Of a stretch of DNA of 47,276 nt, positions 11,179 through 20,035 are shown in pieces. The stretch comes from an uncultured Lachnobacterium sp. (GTDB lineage: Bacteria; Bacillota; Clostridia; Lachnospirales; Lachnospiraceae). Numbering within the stretch: position 1 is the stretch's first letter; the number at the start of each line of letters is the position of its first letter. The stretch lies in NCBI GenBank assembly GCA_945971355.1, contig CAMFPD010000001.1, forward strand, positions 1 to 47,276, in the 5' to 3' direction. The notes under the pieces were generated by a model. The model was not told the DNA's origin, made no database searches, and saw only the letters and a program-made list of their open reading frames with translations. Made by a program: the position numbers and the translations under genes.

Positions 11179-11613
11179 ATGAGAATACTAGGACTTGATT
11201 TTGGTTCAAAGACCGTTGGGGTTGCAGTTAGCGACGAGCTGCTTATTACGGCTCAGGGTGTGGAAATAGTTCGTAGAAAATCGCCTGCTAAACTGCGCCA
11301 GACACTTGCTCGTATTGAAGAACTGATAAGCCAGTACAATGTGGAACGTATTGTGCTGGGTTATCCTAAGAACATGAATAATACAGAGGGTGAGCGCTGT
11401 GAAAAGACTAAGGAGTTCAAAGAGATGCTGGAGAGACGTACTGGTCTCGAGGTTGTTTTATGGGATGAACGACTTACTACAGTTGCAGCGGACCGCTCTA
11501 TGATGGAAACAGGGATTCGCAGAGAAAATCGCAAGGAATTTGTAGATGAGATTGCGGCGATATTTATACTGCAGGGATACCTTGATTTTTTGCGCAATTC
11601 AGGAGAAATATAA
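11179..11613 (+). CDS. ruvX: Holliday junction resolvase-like / pre-16S rRNA nuclease RuvX (YqgF)
   Basis: [36 protein letters not shown]. Confidence 0.96.
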   Translation: MRILGLDFGSKTVGVAVSDELLITAQGVEIVRRKSPAKLRQTLARIEELISQYNVERIVLGYPKNMNNTEGERCEKTKEFKEMLERRTGLEVVLWDERLTTVAADRSMMETGIRRENRKEFVDEIAAIFILQGYLDFLRNSGEI

Positions 11614-11877
11614 ATGGAAAAAATTAAATTTGTAGACCCAGATACACAGGAAGAAATAGAGTTTGCAGTGGAAGAAGAAACACAGCTTAATGGAATCAGA
11701 TATCTTTTAGTTTCCGAAGGACAGGAGAGCGGAGACTGTGAAGCATATATTTTAAAAGAAGTAAGCACTGATGAAGAAGAGATAGTTTATCAAATGGTTG
11801 AAGATGACGTGGAATTTTCTGCACTTGCTAAAATATTCTCCGAGCTTACAGATGATGAGACTGCATTAGAATACTAA
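11614..11877 (+). CDS. DUF1292 (YrzB-like) acidic protein
   Basis: Small acidic protein with YLLV..AYILK..VEDDVEF pattern, directly after ruvX. Confidence 0.85.
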   Translation: MEKIKFVDPDTQEEIEFAVEEETQLNGIRYLLVSEGQESGDCEAYILKEVSTDEEEIVYQMVEDDVEFSALAKIFSELTDDETALEY

Positions 11878-11911
11878 TGAGTACGTGAAAAAATTGTTTG
11901 GAGGTAATATT

Positions 11912-13582
11912 TTGAAAAAAGAAAAACAGAATACCAGTAAGTTGAAAATCATTCCTTTAGGCGGATTAGAGCAGATTGGAATGAATATTACTGCCTTCGA
12001 GTATGAGGACAGTATTATTGTTGTGGATTGTGGACTTTCATTTCCAGAGGACGATATGCTTGGAATTGATCTTGTAATCCCGGATGTGACTTATTTGAAG
12101 GACAACATTGACAAGGTTAAGGGATTTTTTATCACCCATGGTCATGAGGATCATATCGGTGCAATACCTTATGTCCTTAAGGATATCAATGTACCAATTT
12201 ATGCTACAAAACTTACAATTGGAATAATTGAGCATAAGCTTGAGGAACATGATATGCTCAAAAAGGTTAAGCGCAAGGTGGTAAAATATGGTCAGCATAT
12301 TAATCTGGGATGCTTCAGAGTTGAGTTTATTAAGACAAACCATAGTATTCAGGATGCTGCAGCACTGGCTATTTATTCGCCAGCTGGAATCGTTGTGCAT
12401 ACAGGTGATTTTAAGATTGATTATACTCCTGTTTTTGGAGACCCAATTGACCTTCAGAGATTTGGTGAAATAGGTAAAAAGGGTGTACTTGCACTTTTGT
12501 GTGATAGTACAAATGCCGAGAGAGCAGGCTTTACACAGTCCGAGAAGTCTGTAGGTAAAGCCCTCGATAATATATTTTCAGATCACAAAAACCAGAGAAT
12601 TATCATTGCAACATTTGCATCAAATGTAGACAGAGTTCAGCAGATTATTAATTCTGCTGAGAAATTTGGCCGTAAGGTAGCTATTGAAGGAAGGAGTATG
12701 GTAAACATTATTTCTATTGCTTCAGAGCTTGGATATCTTACATTGCCAGATAACATTCTCATTGATGTTGATGTACTAAAGAGCTATCCAGATGAACAGA
12801 CTGTCATAATTACAACAGGTAGTCAGGGTGAGTCTATGGCGGCTCTTTCGAGAATGGCAAATGGTACTCACAGAAAAGTTGCAATTAAGCCAAAGGATTG
12901 TATTGTTTTCAGTTCAAATCCAATCCCTGGAAATGAGAAATCTGTAACAGGAATAATTAATGAGCTTATGATGAAGGGTGCGGATGTTATTTTCCAGGAT
13001 GTACATGTTTCAGGACATGCGTGTCAGGAAGATATTAAGCTTATTTACCAGCTTGTAAATCCTAAGTATTCAATTCCTGTTCATGGAGAGTATAAGCACC
13101 TTGTTGCTCAGGCAAAGATTGCAGAAGAACTGGGATATGATACAGACCATATCAAAATTCTTTCTTCTGGGGATGTGCTTGAACTTGATGAAAACGACGC
13201 AAAGGTTACTGGCAAAGTTCATGTTGGAAATATCATGGTTGATGGACTTGGCGTTGGTGATGTGGGAAATATCGTCCTTAGAGACAGACAGAAGCTCGCT
13301 GAGGATGGAATCATTATAGTTGTGATGACTCTTGAAAGTGGATCCGGTCAGGTGCTTGCAGGACCTGATATTGTATCAAGAGGATTTGTCTATGTGAGAA
13401 ATTCAGAAAGTCTTATGGATGAGGCTCAAATGGTTTTAAATGCAACAATGGAAAAATGCATGGACAAAAATGTAACAGATTGGGGCAGAATTAAGAACGA
13501 GATTAAAGACTCATTAGGTGAGTTCGTTTGGAAAGAGACAAAGAGACGTCCAATGATAATGCCAATTATTATGGAAGTGTAG
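11912..13582 (+). CDS. rnj: Ribonuclease J
   Basis: PLGGLEQIGMN, THGHEDHIGA, HTGDFK, HVSGHA; TTG 11912 follows GGAGG. Confidence 0.97.
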   Translation: MKKEKQNTSKLKIIPLGGLEQIGMNITAFEYEDSIIVVDCGLSFPEDDMLGIDLVIPDVTYLKDNIDKVKGFFITHGHEDHIGAIPYVLKDINVPIYATKLTIGIIEHKLEEHDMLKKVKRKVVKYGQHINLGCFRVEFIKTNHSIQDAAALAIYSPAGIVVHTGDFKIDYTPVFGDPIDLQRFGEIGKKGVLALLCDSTNAERAGFTQSEKSVGKALDNIFSDHKNQRIIIATFASNVDRVQQIINSAEKFGRKVAIEGRSMVNIISIASELGYLTLPDNILIDVDVLKSYPDEQTVIITTGSQGESMAALSRMANGTHRKVAIKPKDCIVFSSNPIPGNEKSVTGIINELMMKGADVIFQDVHVSGHACQEDIKLIYQLVNPKYSIPVHGEYKHLVAQAKIAEELGYDTDHIKILSSGDVLELDENDAKVTGKVHVGNIMVDGLGVGDVGNIVLRDRQKLAEDGIIIVVMTLESGSGQVLAGPDIVSRGFVYVRNSESLMDEAQMVLNATMEKCMDKNVTDWGRIKNEIKDSLGEFVWKETKRRPMIMPIIMEV

Positions 13583-13591
13583 GAGAGTACA

Positions 13592-14068
13592 ATGCAGTTC
13601 AACAGAGCTTTATTCAAATTTATAAAAGTAGCTTTTTCAATAATGATTATTCTTCTTGTTGTGTATGGTGCAGTGAGGGTTAGTAAAATTGGATATGATT
13701 TTGGATATCGTGTATTTACAGAGCCGGCAATGGAGGAAGCACCTGGAAAAGAAGTGACTGTTCAGGTTGATGATGATATGAGTGGGAAAAAGCTCGGTGA
13801 AGAATTGGAAGCAAAGGGCTTAATAAGAGATGCAAATCTTTTTCAGCTTCAGCTTAAGTTGTCTGCATATTCTGATAGAATAAAGGCTGGGGTTTATACC
13901 CTTAGCACTTCTATGACCCCGAAGGAAATGATTGTTGTCATGGCTGCCGAGGATGAAGAAGATAAGGAGACCACGGAAAGTGGTACGGAGGTGGAGGAGT
14001 CCACTGAGGGCTTAGCACCTATGGACACAGAGACTGAGGCAGATACAGAATCAGAAGTGGAGCAGTAG
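13592..14068 (+). CDS. Short MltG/YceG-like membrane protein (N-terminal part only, acidic tail)
   Basis: TM helix, then LEAKGLI..F...IKAGVYTLSTSMTPKEMI; occupies the mltG position before trmR; no catalytic ASIVEKE-like region. Confidence 0.8.
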   Translation: MQFNRALFKFIKVAFSIMIILLVVYGAVRVSKIGYDFGYRVFTEPAMEEAPGKEVTVQVDDDMSGKKLGEELEAKGLIRDANLFQLQLKLSAYSDRIKAGVYTLSTSMTPKEMIVVMAAEDEEDKETTESGTEVEESTEGLAPMDTETEADTESEVEQ

Positions 14069-14073
14069 ATTAA

Positions 14074-14718
14074 ATGATAGTAGATGAGAGACTGGTGACA
14101 TATATTAATTCCCTGGATAAAGGGAATACAACAGTCCTTGATGAGATAGAGAAGGAAGCTTTGGATACCTATGTTCCGATAATACGCAAGGAGATGCAGA
14201 GCTTTCTTCGACTATTGTTAGCAATGCAAAAACCAATGCGTATTCTCGAGGTGGGAACTGCCGTTGGTTTTTCTGCGATTTTGATGGCAGAATATGGACC
14301 AAAGGATTGTAAGATTATTACGATAGAAAATTATGATAAGAGAATCCCTATTGCCAAAGAAAACTTTAAACGAACAGGAAAGGCAGAGCAGATTACTCTT
14401 CTGGAAGGCGATGCAACAGAGATTCTTCCTACGATAGAAGAACCATTTGATTTAATCTTTATGGATGCTGCCAAGGGACAATACATTAATTTTATGCCAG
14501 ATGTATTAAGACTTTTGAAGAAGGATGGAGTATTAGTATCTGATAATGTGCTTCAGGACGGCGATATTATCGAATCTCACTATATCGTCGAGAGAAGAAA
14601 TAGAACCATATATAAAAGAATGAGGGAATATCTGTACGAATTGACACACAGTGATGAACTTGTCACATCAGTATTGCCTGTTGGGGATGGAATTACTGTT
14701 TCGGTAAGGGTAAAATAG
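14074..14718 (+). CDS. trmR: O-methyltransferase, probable tRNA 5-hydroxyuridine methyltransferase
   Basis: ILEVGTAVGFS, FDLIFMDAAKGQY, SDNVL; next to a U32 gene as in B. subtilis yrrM-yrrN-yrrO. Confidence 0.85.
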   Translation: MIVDERLVTYINSLDKGNTTVLDEIEKEALDTYVPIIRKEMQSFLRLLLAMQKPMRILEVGTAVGFSAILMAEYGPKDCKIITIENYDKRIPIAKENFKRTGKAEQITLLEGDATEILPTIEEPFDLIFMDAAKGQYINFMPDVLRLLKKDGVLVSDNVLQDGDIIESHYIVERRNRTIYKRMREYLYELTHSDELVTSVLPVGDGITVSVRVK

Positions 14719-14743
14719 AATTGTGTTTTGTTAGGAGCAAAAA

Positions 14744-15997
14744 ATGAGAGATATTGAATTATTAGTACCAGCAAGCAGTTTAGAAGTACTTAAGATTGCA
14801 GTTATATACGGAGCCGATGCGGTATATATTGGTGGAGAAGCATTTGGACTTCGTGCTAAGGCAAAGAATTTTTCCTATGAGGAGATGGCAGAGGGAATCG
14901 CTTTTGCCCATGCACATAATGTTAAGGTATACGTTACAGCTAATATTCTGGCGCACAATTACGACTTGGAAGGTGTAAGAGCTTACTTCAAAGAGCTTAA
15001 CCAGATGAAACCAGACAGACCGGATGCCCTCATTATTGCGGATCCTGCGATTTTTATGATTGCTAAGGAAGAATGTCCGGATATAGAGCGTCATGTAAGT
15101 ACTCAGGCGAACAACACAAATTACGGAACATTCAAATTCTGGAGGGATTTAGGTGCATCACGTGTTGTGACAGCCAGAGAACTTTCGTTACGAGAAATAA
15201 AAGAAATTCGCTCAAAGATTGATGATGAAATGGAGATAGAGACATTTATTCATGGAGCAATGTGTATTTCATATTCAGGAAGATGTCTTTTATCAAATTA
15301 TTTTACCGGAAGAGATGCAAATAGTGGTGCCTGTACGCATCCATGCAGATGGAAGTATTCTGTTGTTGAAGAGAAACGTCCGGGAGAGTATCTTCCAGTC
15401 TATGAAAATGAGCGTGGAACATATATTTTTAACTCCAAGGATTTGTGTATGATTGAGCACATTCCAGATTTGATTGATGCTGGAATAGACAGCTATAAGA
15501 TAGAAGGCAGAATGAAAACAGCACTTTATGTAGCAACTGTTGCAAGGACATACAGAAAAGCAATCAATGACTACATAGAATCTCCAGAAAAATATGAGAA
15601 GAATATGCCTTGGTATCTTGAACAGATTAAAAGCTGCACATACAGACAATTTACAACTGGCTTCTTTTATGGAAAACCAACTGAGGAAACTCAGATTTAT
15701 GATAATAATACTTATGAGAAAGGATATACATATCTTGGAATTGTAGGCCCTGCTAATGAGAAGGGAATGTATCGATTAGAGCAGAGAAACAAATTCTCAG
15801 TAGGCGAAGAAATAGAGATAATGAAGCCAAATGGTGACAATATCACTGTTACTGTTAAAGCGATGGAAAACGAAAAGGGTGAGGCAATGGAGAGCTGTCC
15901 ACATCCACAACAAATCTTCTATGTAGATTTGGGAATCCAACTTGACGAGTTTGATATTTTAAGAAGGCAGGAGAATGAGGCGATAGCCTTGGATTAA
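14744..15997 (+). CDS. trhP: Peptidase U32 family protein, probable tRNA hydroxylation protein
   Basis: ELLVPA, GADAVYIGG, HGAMCISYSGRCLLS, CTHPCRW, KIEGRMK. Confidence 0.88.
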   Translation: MRDIELLVPASSLEVLKIAVIYGADAVYIGGEAFGLRAKAKNFSYEEMAEGIAFAHAHNVKVYVTANILAHNYDLEGVRAYFKELNQMKPDRPDALIIADPAIFMIAKEECPDIERHVSTQANNTNYGTFKFWRDLGASRVVTARELSLREIKEIRSKIDDEMEIETFIHGAMCISYSGRCLLSNYFTGRDANSGACTHPCRWKYSVVEEKRPGEYLPVYENERGTYIFNSKDLCMIEHIPDLIDAGIDSYKIEGRMKTALYVATVARTYRKAINDYIESPEKYEKNMPWYLEQIKSCTYRQFTTGFFYGKPTEETQIYDNNTYEKGYTYLGIVGPANEKGMYRLEQRNKFSVGEEIEIMKPNGDNITVTVKAMENEKGEAMESCPHPQQIFYVDLGIQLDEFDILRRQENEAIALD

Positions 15998-16000
15998 ATT

Positions 16001-16723
16001 ATGAAAAAGAAAGCAAACAAGATTTTAGCTATTATATTTCTAATATTCGCAATTGGAGTTTTGGCTGTAGGAATAACATGGTCAAGTGAAGTAAAATCCA
16101 GCATGAAGGATACAGAAGTAAGACTAGCACAGATACAACAGAATATTAATTCTTCTACTGATGACTCTGTAATTGCAACCAGTGTAGAAAGTTATAATCA
16201 GAATGTGAAGGTATATAACAGTTATCTCGATATGTATGATATGGGATTTAAGCTGATAATGACTCTGATTATTGCGGATCTTGTTGTTGTTATTATTCTT
16301 ATTGCTATGGATAAGACAGATGAAGATGTCGGCGATAACGTTGTTGAAAATCATAGTAATAAGCCGGTGAAGAAAACTTCTTCAAAGCAGAATAAGGAGT
16401 TGAATCAGGCAAAAGCCTCAAAGCGCAAAGCGAAACATGAAAACAAAGCAGAAGAAGCTTCCGAGGTTAAAGATATGGAACAGTACGTAGAAGTGGCTGC
16501 TATGGCAAATTCAGAGACACCTGATACTACTTCCACAGTTACATCAGTGGCAGAAAAGGCAGAAGAAGAGATTAATCCTCAGCCGAAAAAGATTAATATG
16601 GGAGGTCAGTCCACAATTGAACTTACAAAGCAGCTCAGAAATTATAAAAATATGCTTGCTGCTGGGGAGATTAGTGAGGCAGAGTTCCAACAGAAAAAGG
16701 ATGAATTACTTAAGTCAATTTAA
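16001..16723 (+). CDS. Two-TM membrane protein with a C-terminal SHOCT domain
   Basis: Two hydrophobic segments, charged linker, LRNYKNMLAAGEISEAEFQQKKDELL. Confidence 0.8.
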   Translation: MKKKANKILAIIFLIFAIGVLAVGITWSSEVKSSMKDTEVRLAQIQQNINSSTDDSVIATSVESYNQNVKVYNSYLDMYDMGFKLIMTLIIADLVVVIILIAMDKTDEDVGDNVVENHSNKPVKKTSSKQNKELNQAKASKRKAKHENKAEEASEVKDMEQYVEVAAMANSETPDTTSTVTSVAEKAEEEINPQPKKINMGGQSTIELTKQLRNYKNMLAAGEISEAEFQQKKDELLKSI

Positions 16724-16732
16724 GTACGAATT

Positions 16733-16786
16733 AATATGTAAGAATTATAGTGTGTAAGATGTTAGAATAACAATATGTAAGAATTA
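16733..16786. repeat. 15-bp direct repeat AATATGTAAGAATTA (2 copies)
   Basis: Copies at 16733-16747 and 16772-16786, with an extra TGTAAGA at 16753. Confidence 0.7.
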
Positions 16787-16792
16787 ACATTT

Positions 16793-16841
16793 TAGAATGC
16801 CATGGGGTACAGAGGTGATATCTGTGTGTCATGGCATTCTA
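16793..16841. terminator. Long hairpin between convergent genes (likely bidirectional terminator)
   Basis: TAGAATGCCATG...CATGGCATTCTA outer stem plus ACAGA/TCTGT inner stem. Confidence 0.65.
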
Positions 16842-16914
16842 TTATATTATTAGGAAATTATTTAGTTACTCACTATACAGCAAAATCCGATTTGAAACAT
16901 ATAGCTTGATAAGA

Positions 16915-18756
16915 TTATGGCAGTACAAGATTGTATCTAAGCATCCAGTAATTAAGCTGGATATAATACGCCATAAGCTGTGGACCTGCCATCAGCTGAC
17001 CATACCAAGGCTTGCCAAGCTCTTTTGGTGCTTGTATAAAGGCTTTTACTTTCTCGATATCAAGCATCGGTAGAATAGGAGAGCTGGTATCAGAAATTAT
17101 CTGAGTGAGGGCTTCTTTTAGCAGAGCCTCATATCCTGGATGATAGGTCTTAGGATATGGGCTTTTTTTACGATGAGATAACTTGGCAGGAAGCAAATCT
17201 AAGGTAGCATTTCTAAGTAAGGATTTTTCAACACCATTCTGGTACTTCATATTCCATGGAATGCTGTATACATAGTCGATTATTCTATGGTCGGCAAATG
17301 GAACTCTTGCTTCCAGACCAGAGTGCATACTGGCTCTATCCATTCGATCTAATAATGTCTGCATGAACCATTTGATGTTTAGGTAGCCAATCTCATATCT
17401 TCGTTTTTCTGTTGAATCCATCGGAGGTAAATCAAGCTTTGAAAGAGAAGTTTTGTAAGCATCATAAGAATAATCTTGAAGTTCAAGCTTATTTATCCAT
17501 TCTGAATTTAAAAGAACTGTTCTTGCTTCGGAATCGGCAGACCAAGGAAAGCCATTTTTGTTCATAAGCTCAGGGCGATATAGCCAAGGATATCCTCCGA
17601 ATATTTCGTCTGCACATTCTCCAGTTAAGGCTACCTTGTTTTTTGATGCCACAAGAGAGCAGAAGAACAGTAAAGAAGCATCCACATCAGCCATGCCAGG
17701 TGCATCTTTGGCGATTACAGAATCAAAGAGTGAGTTGAATAATTGTTTTTCGTTACATTTTAGATATTCATGATTAGTATGAAAACGTTCCAACATTATA
17801 TTTACATATGGTGCATCCTGTTCAGGTTGGAAACTGTTAGAAGTAAAATACTTATCATTCTCATCGAAGTCAAAGGAGAAGGTGTTAAGCTCTTTTCCAT
17901 TCAGATAGTTGTAAGCCAATGAGGTTACAATTGAAGAATCAAGTCCACCAGATAAAAATGTACATACTGGAACATCTGAAACCATTTGTTTCTTAACTGA
18001 GTCGCGGACAAGGAAGGAAACCGTATCCACAGTAGTTTCGTAATTATCTTTGTGTTCGTGGTATACAATGTCCCAGTATTTTTTGTCGCAAAAGCCATAT
18101 TCATTAAATATGAGATAATGTCCAGGCAGAACTTCACGCATATTCTTAAAAAGACTTAGACCAGGGGTTTTTGCGGGACCGATTCCCAGTAATTCCTGCA
18201 TGCTCTGTAAATTGATCTCAGGAGATATTCCTGGATATACGAAAATTGCTTTTGGTTCTGAGGCGAAAATTAGTCCATCTTTTGTTGGATAATAGAATAG
18301 CGGCTTGACACCAACCCTGTCTCTGTATAAATACAGCTGTTTGGTCGCGTCATCCCATATGGTAAATGCAAATATTCCGTTCAACATATCTACAAACTCA
18401 GGTCCATATTCAATAAAAGCCGCCAATATAATTTCTGTGTCTGAGCTTGTAGTAAACTGTACCCCAAGAGATTCCAGGTCCTTTTTTATCTCGTCTGTAT
18501 TATATATTTCTCCATTATAGCAGATTGCGTATTCCCGACCTGAGACATTTCGAAGCATGGGTTGATTTCCCCCTTCGATGTCTCTTATGCTAAGTCTGGA
18601 ATGACAAAAACCGCAGTTTTCCTTCAGGTATTTTCCGAAATTATCATGGCCACGATGGGCCAGAGATTTGGACATATCATCAAGTATATTTAGATTTCTG
18701 ACTGTGTCTGACAAGAAGTTTTTTCCGTAATTACAAAAACCAGCTATACCACACAT
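16915..18756 (-). CDS. asnB: Asparagine synthase, glutamine-hydrolysing (AsnO-like)
   Basis: MCGIAG Ntn start, CYNGEIYN, RDRVGVKPLFY, FLSGGLDSS, GECADEIFGGY, RKKSPYP. Confidence 0.96.
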   Translation of the reverse strand: MCGIAGFCNYGKNFLSDTVRNLNILDDMSKSLAHRGHDNFGKYLKENCGFCHSRLSIRDIEGGNQPMLRNVSGREYAICYNGEIYNTDEIKKDLESLGVQFTTSSDTEIILAAFIEYGPEFVDMLNGIFAFTIWDDATKQLYLYRDRVGVKPLFYYPTKDGLIFASEPKAIFVYPGISPEINLQSMQELLGIGPAKTPGLSLFKNMREVLPGHYLIFNEYGFCDKKYWDIVYHEHKDNYETTVDTVSFLVRDSVKKQMVSDVPVCTFLSGGLDSSIVTSLAYNYLNGKELNTFSFDFDENDKYFTSNSFQPEQDAPYVNIMLERFHTNHEYLKCNEKQLFNSLFDSVIAKDAPGMADVDASLLFFCSLVASKNKVALTGECADEIFGGYPWLYRPELMNKNGFPWSADSEARTVLLNSEWINKLELQDYSYDAYKTSLSKLDLPPMDSTEKRRYEIGYLNIKWFMQTLLDRMDRASMHSGLEARVPFADHRIIDYVYSIPWNMKYQNGVEKSLLRNATLDLLPAKLSHRKKSPYPKTYHPGYEALLKEALTQIISDTSSPILPMLDIEKVKAFIQAPKELGKPWYGQLMAGPQLMAYYIQLNYWMLRYNLVLP

Positions 18757-18781
18757 GACTACTCCTAAAGAGCTGTTAGTG

Positions 18782-18810
18782 TAATATATGCTGGTTTTAG
18801 TATTAGGTGC
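18782..18810 (-). promoter_or_regulatory. Putative mother-cell sporulation (SigK/SigE-type) promoter of asnB
   Basis: Minus strand GCAC-16 bp-CATATATTA. Confidence 0.5.
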
Positions 18811-19907
18811 TATTTATAAAAATCAATAATTCTGTCAAGTCTTGAAGTCATATTTGCCAGGAGTGAATCAAGAACTGTAATTGCTGCCATTGATTCCACT
18901 ACCACAACTGCTCTAGGAACAATTATTGGGTCATGTCGTCCATGGATGCTAATCTCAATTTCTTCCCCAGATTTATTGACTGTATTCTGAATGGAAGCGA
19001 TGGATGGAGTTGGCTTGAAGGCTGCTCTAAATACTAGAGGAGAGCCGTCAGACATTCCACCGAGAGTTCCACCTGAGTGGTTAGTTTTCTTTACCACATT
19101 TCCGTTATCCATACAAAAGGCATCATTGTTGTCCAGTCCCATGGAATTTGCTACATTAAAACCATCGCCGATTTCAAAGCCTTTTACAGCTCCGATTGAC
19201 ATGATTGCTTTTCCTAGGTTTGCGTCTAATTTGTCAAATACTGGTTCACCAAGTCCTGCAGGAAGACCAGTAATAACACACTCACATATTCCACCGGCAG
19301 AATTTTTGTTTTTAATGCATTGACTTAAGTATTCAGAAGCTTTTGCTGCAGCATCTGCATCAGGCATATAAAGAGAGTTGTTAGCTATTTCACCGGAATC
19401 GAATTTATCCATATCAATAGAAACAGGTCCGATACTTTTGGTGTATGTGACAAATTCTATTCCCATTTGTTTAAGAATTTTGGCTGCGATAGCTCCGGCT
19501 GCAACGCGGCCTATTGTCTCGCGACCAGAGGAACGTCCGCCTCCTCTGTAGTCTCTAAAGCCGTATTTCTCATCGAAACAGTAGTCTGCATGTCCAGGTC
19601 TATAGTAGGAAGCAATTTCGCTGTAATCATTTGATTTCTGATTTGTGTTCCACACTATCATTGATATTGGTGTGCCTGTAGTTTTTCCTTCGAAGACGCC
19701 AGATAAAATCTCTACAGTGTCATCCTCCTTGCGTGGAGTGGTGAATTTAGACTGGCCGGGTTTACGTCTGTTGAGAAATTCCTGTATGTCAGCTTCGCAT
19801 AATGAGAGACCGGCAGGACAGCCATCAACAACAACTCCAAGTCCTTTGCCATGGGATTCACCCCAGGTTGTAATTTTAAAAATATTTCCTAATGTTGATC
19901 CAGACAT
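18810..19907 (-). CDS. aroC: Chorismate synthase
   Basis: TWGESHG, RPGHAD, RGGGRSSGRET, FKPTPSI, GRHDP. Confidence 0.98.
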   Translation of the reverse strand: MSGSTLGNIFKITTWGESHGKGLGVVVDGCPAGLSLCEADIQEFLNRRKPGQSKFTTPRKEDDTVEILSGVFEGKTTGTPISMIVWNTNQKSNDYSEIASYYRPGHADYCFDEKYGFRDYRGGGRSSGRETIGRVAAGAIAAKILKQMGIEFVTYTKSIGPVSIDMDKFDSGEIANNSLYMPDADAAAKASEYLSQCIKNKNSAGGICECVITGLPAGLGEPVFDKLDANLGKAIMSIGAVKGFEIGDGFNVANSMGLDNNDAFCMDNGNVVKKTNHSGGTLGGMSDGSPLVFRAAFKPTPSIASIQNTVNKSGEEIEISIHGRHDPIIVPRAVVVVESMAAITVLDSLLANMTSRLDRIIDFYK

Positions 19908-19938
19908 GTAAGTTCTCCTTCAAGTTTTGCTAAGACAC

Positions 19939-19985
19939 ATTATAAGTAAACATAAGTTGAATCGTCAAGGTCGTTATGATATATT
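19939..19985. promoter_or_regulatory. Overlapping divergent SigA-type promoters (aroC on -, GH13 on +)
   Basis: Minus: TTGACG-18-TATAAT (19968-19939); plus: TTGAAT-17-TATATT with extended TG (19957-19985). Confidence 0.5.
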
Positions 19986-20035
19986 TTGTATAGTAATATC
20001 ATAAGAAACTATAAGGAAGAGAAGGGTATTTATAT

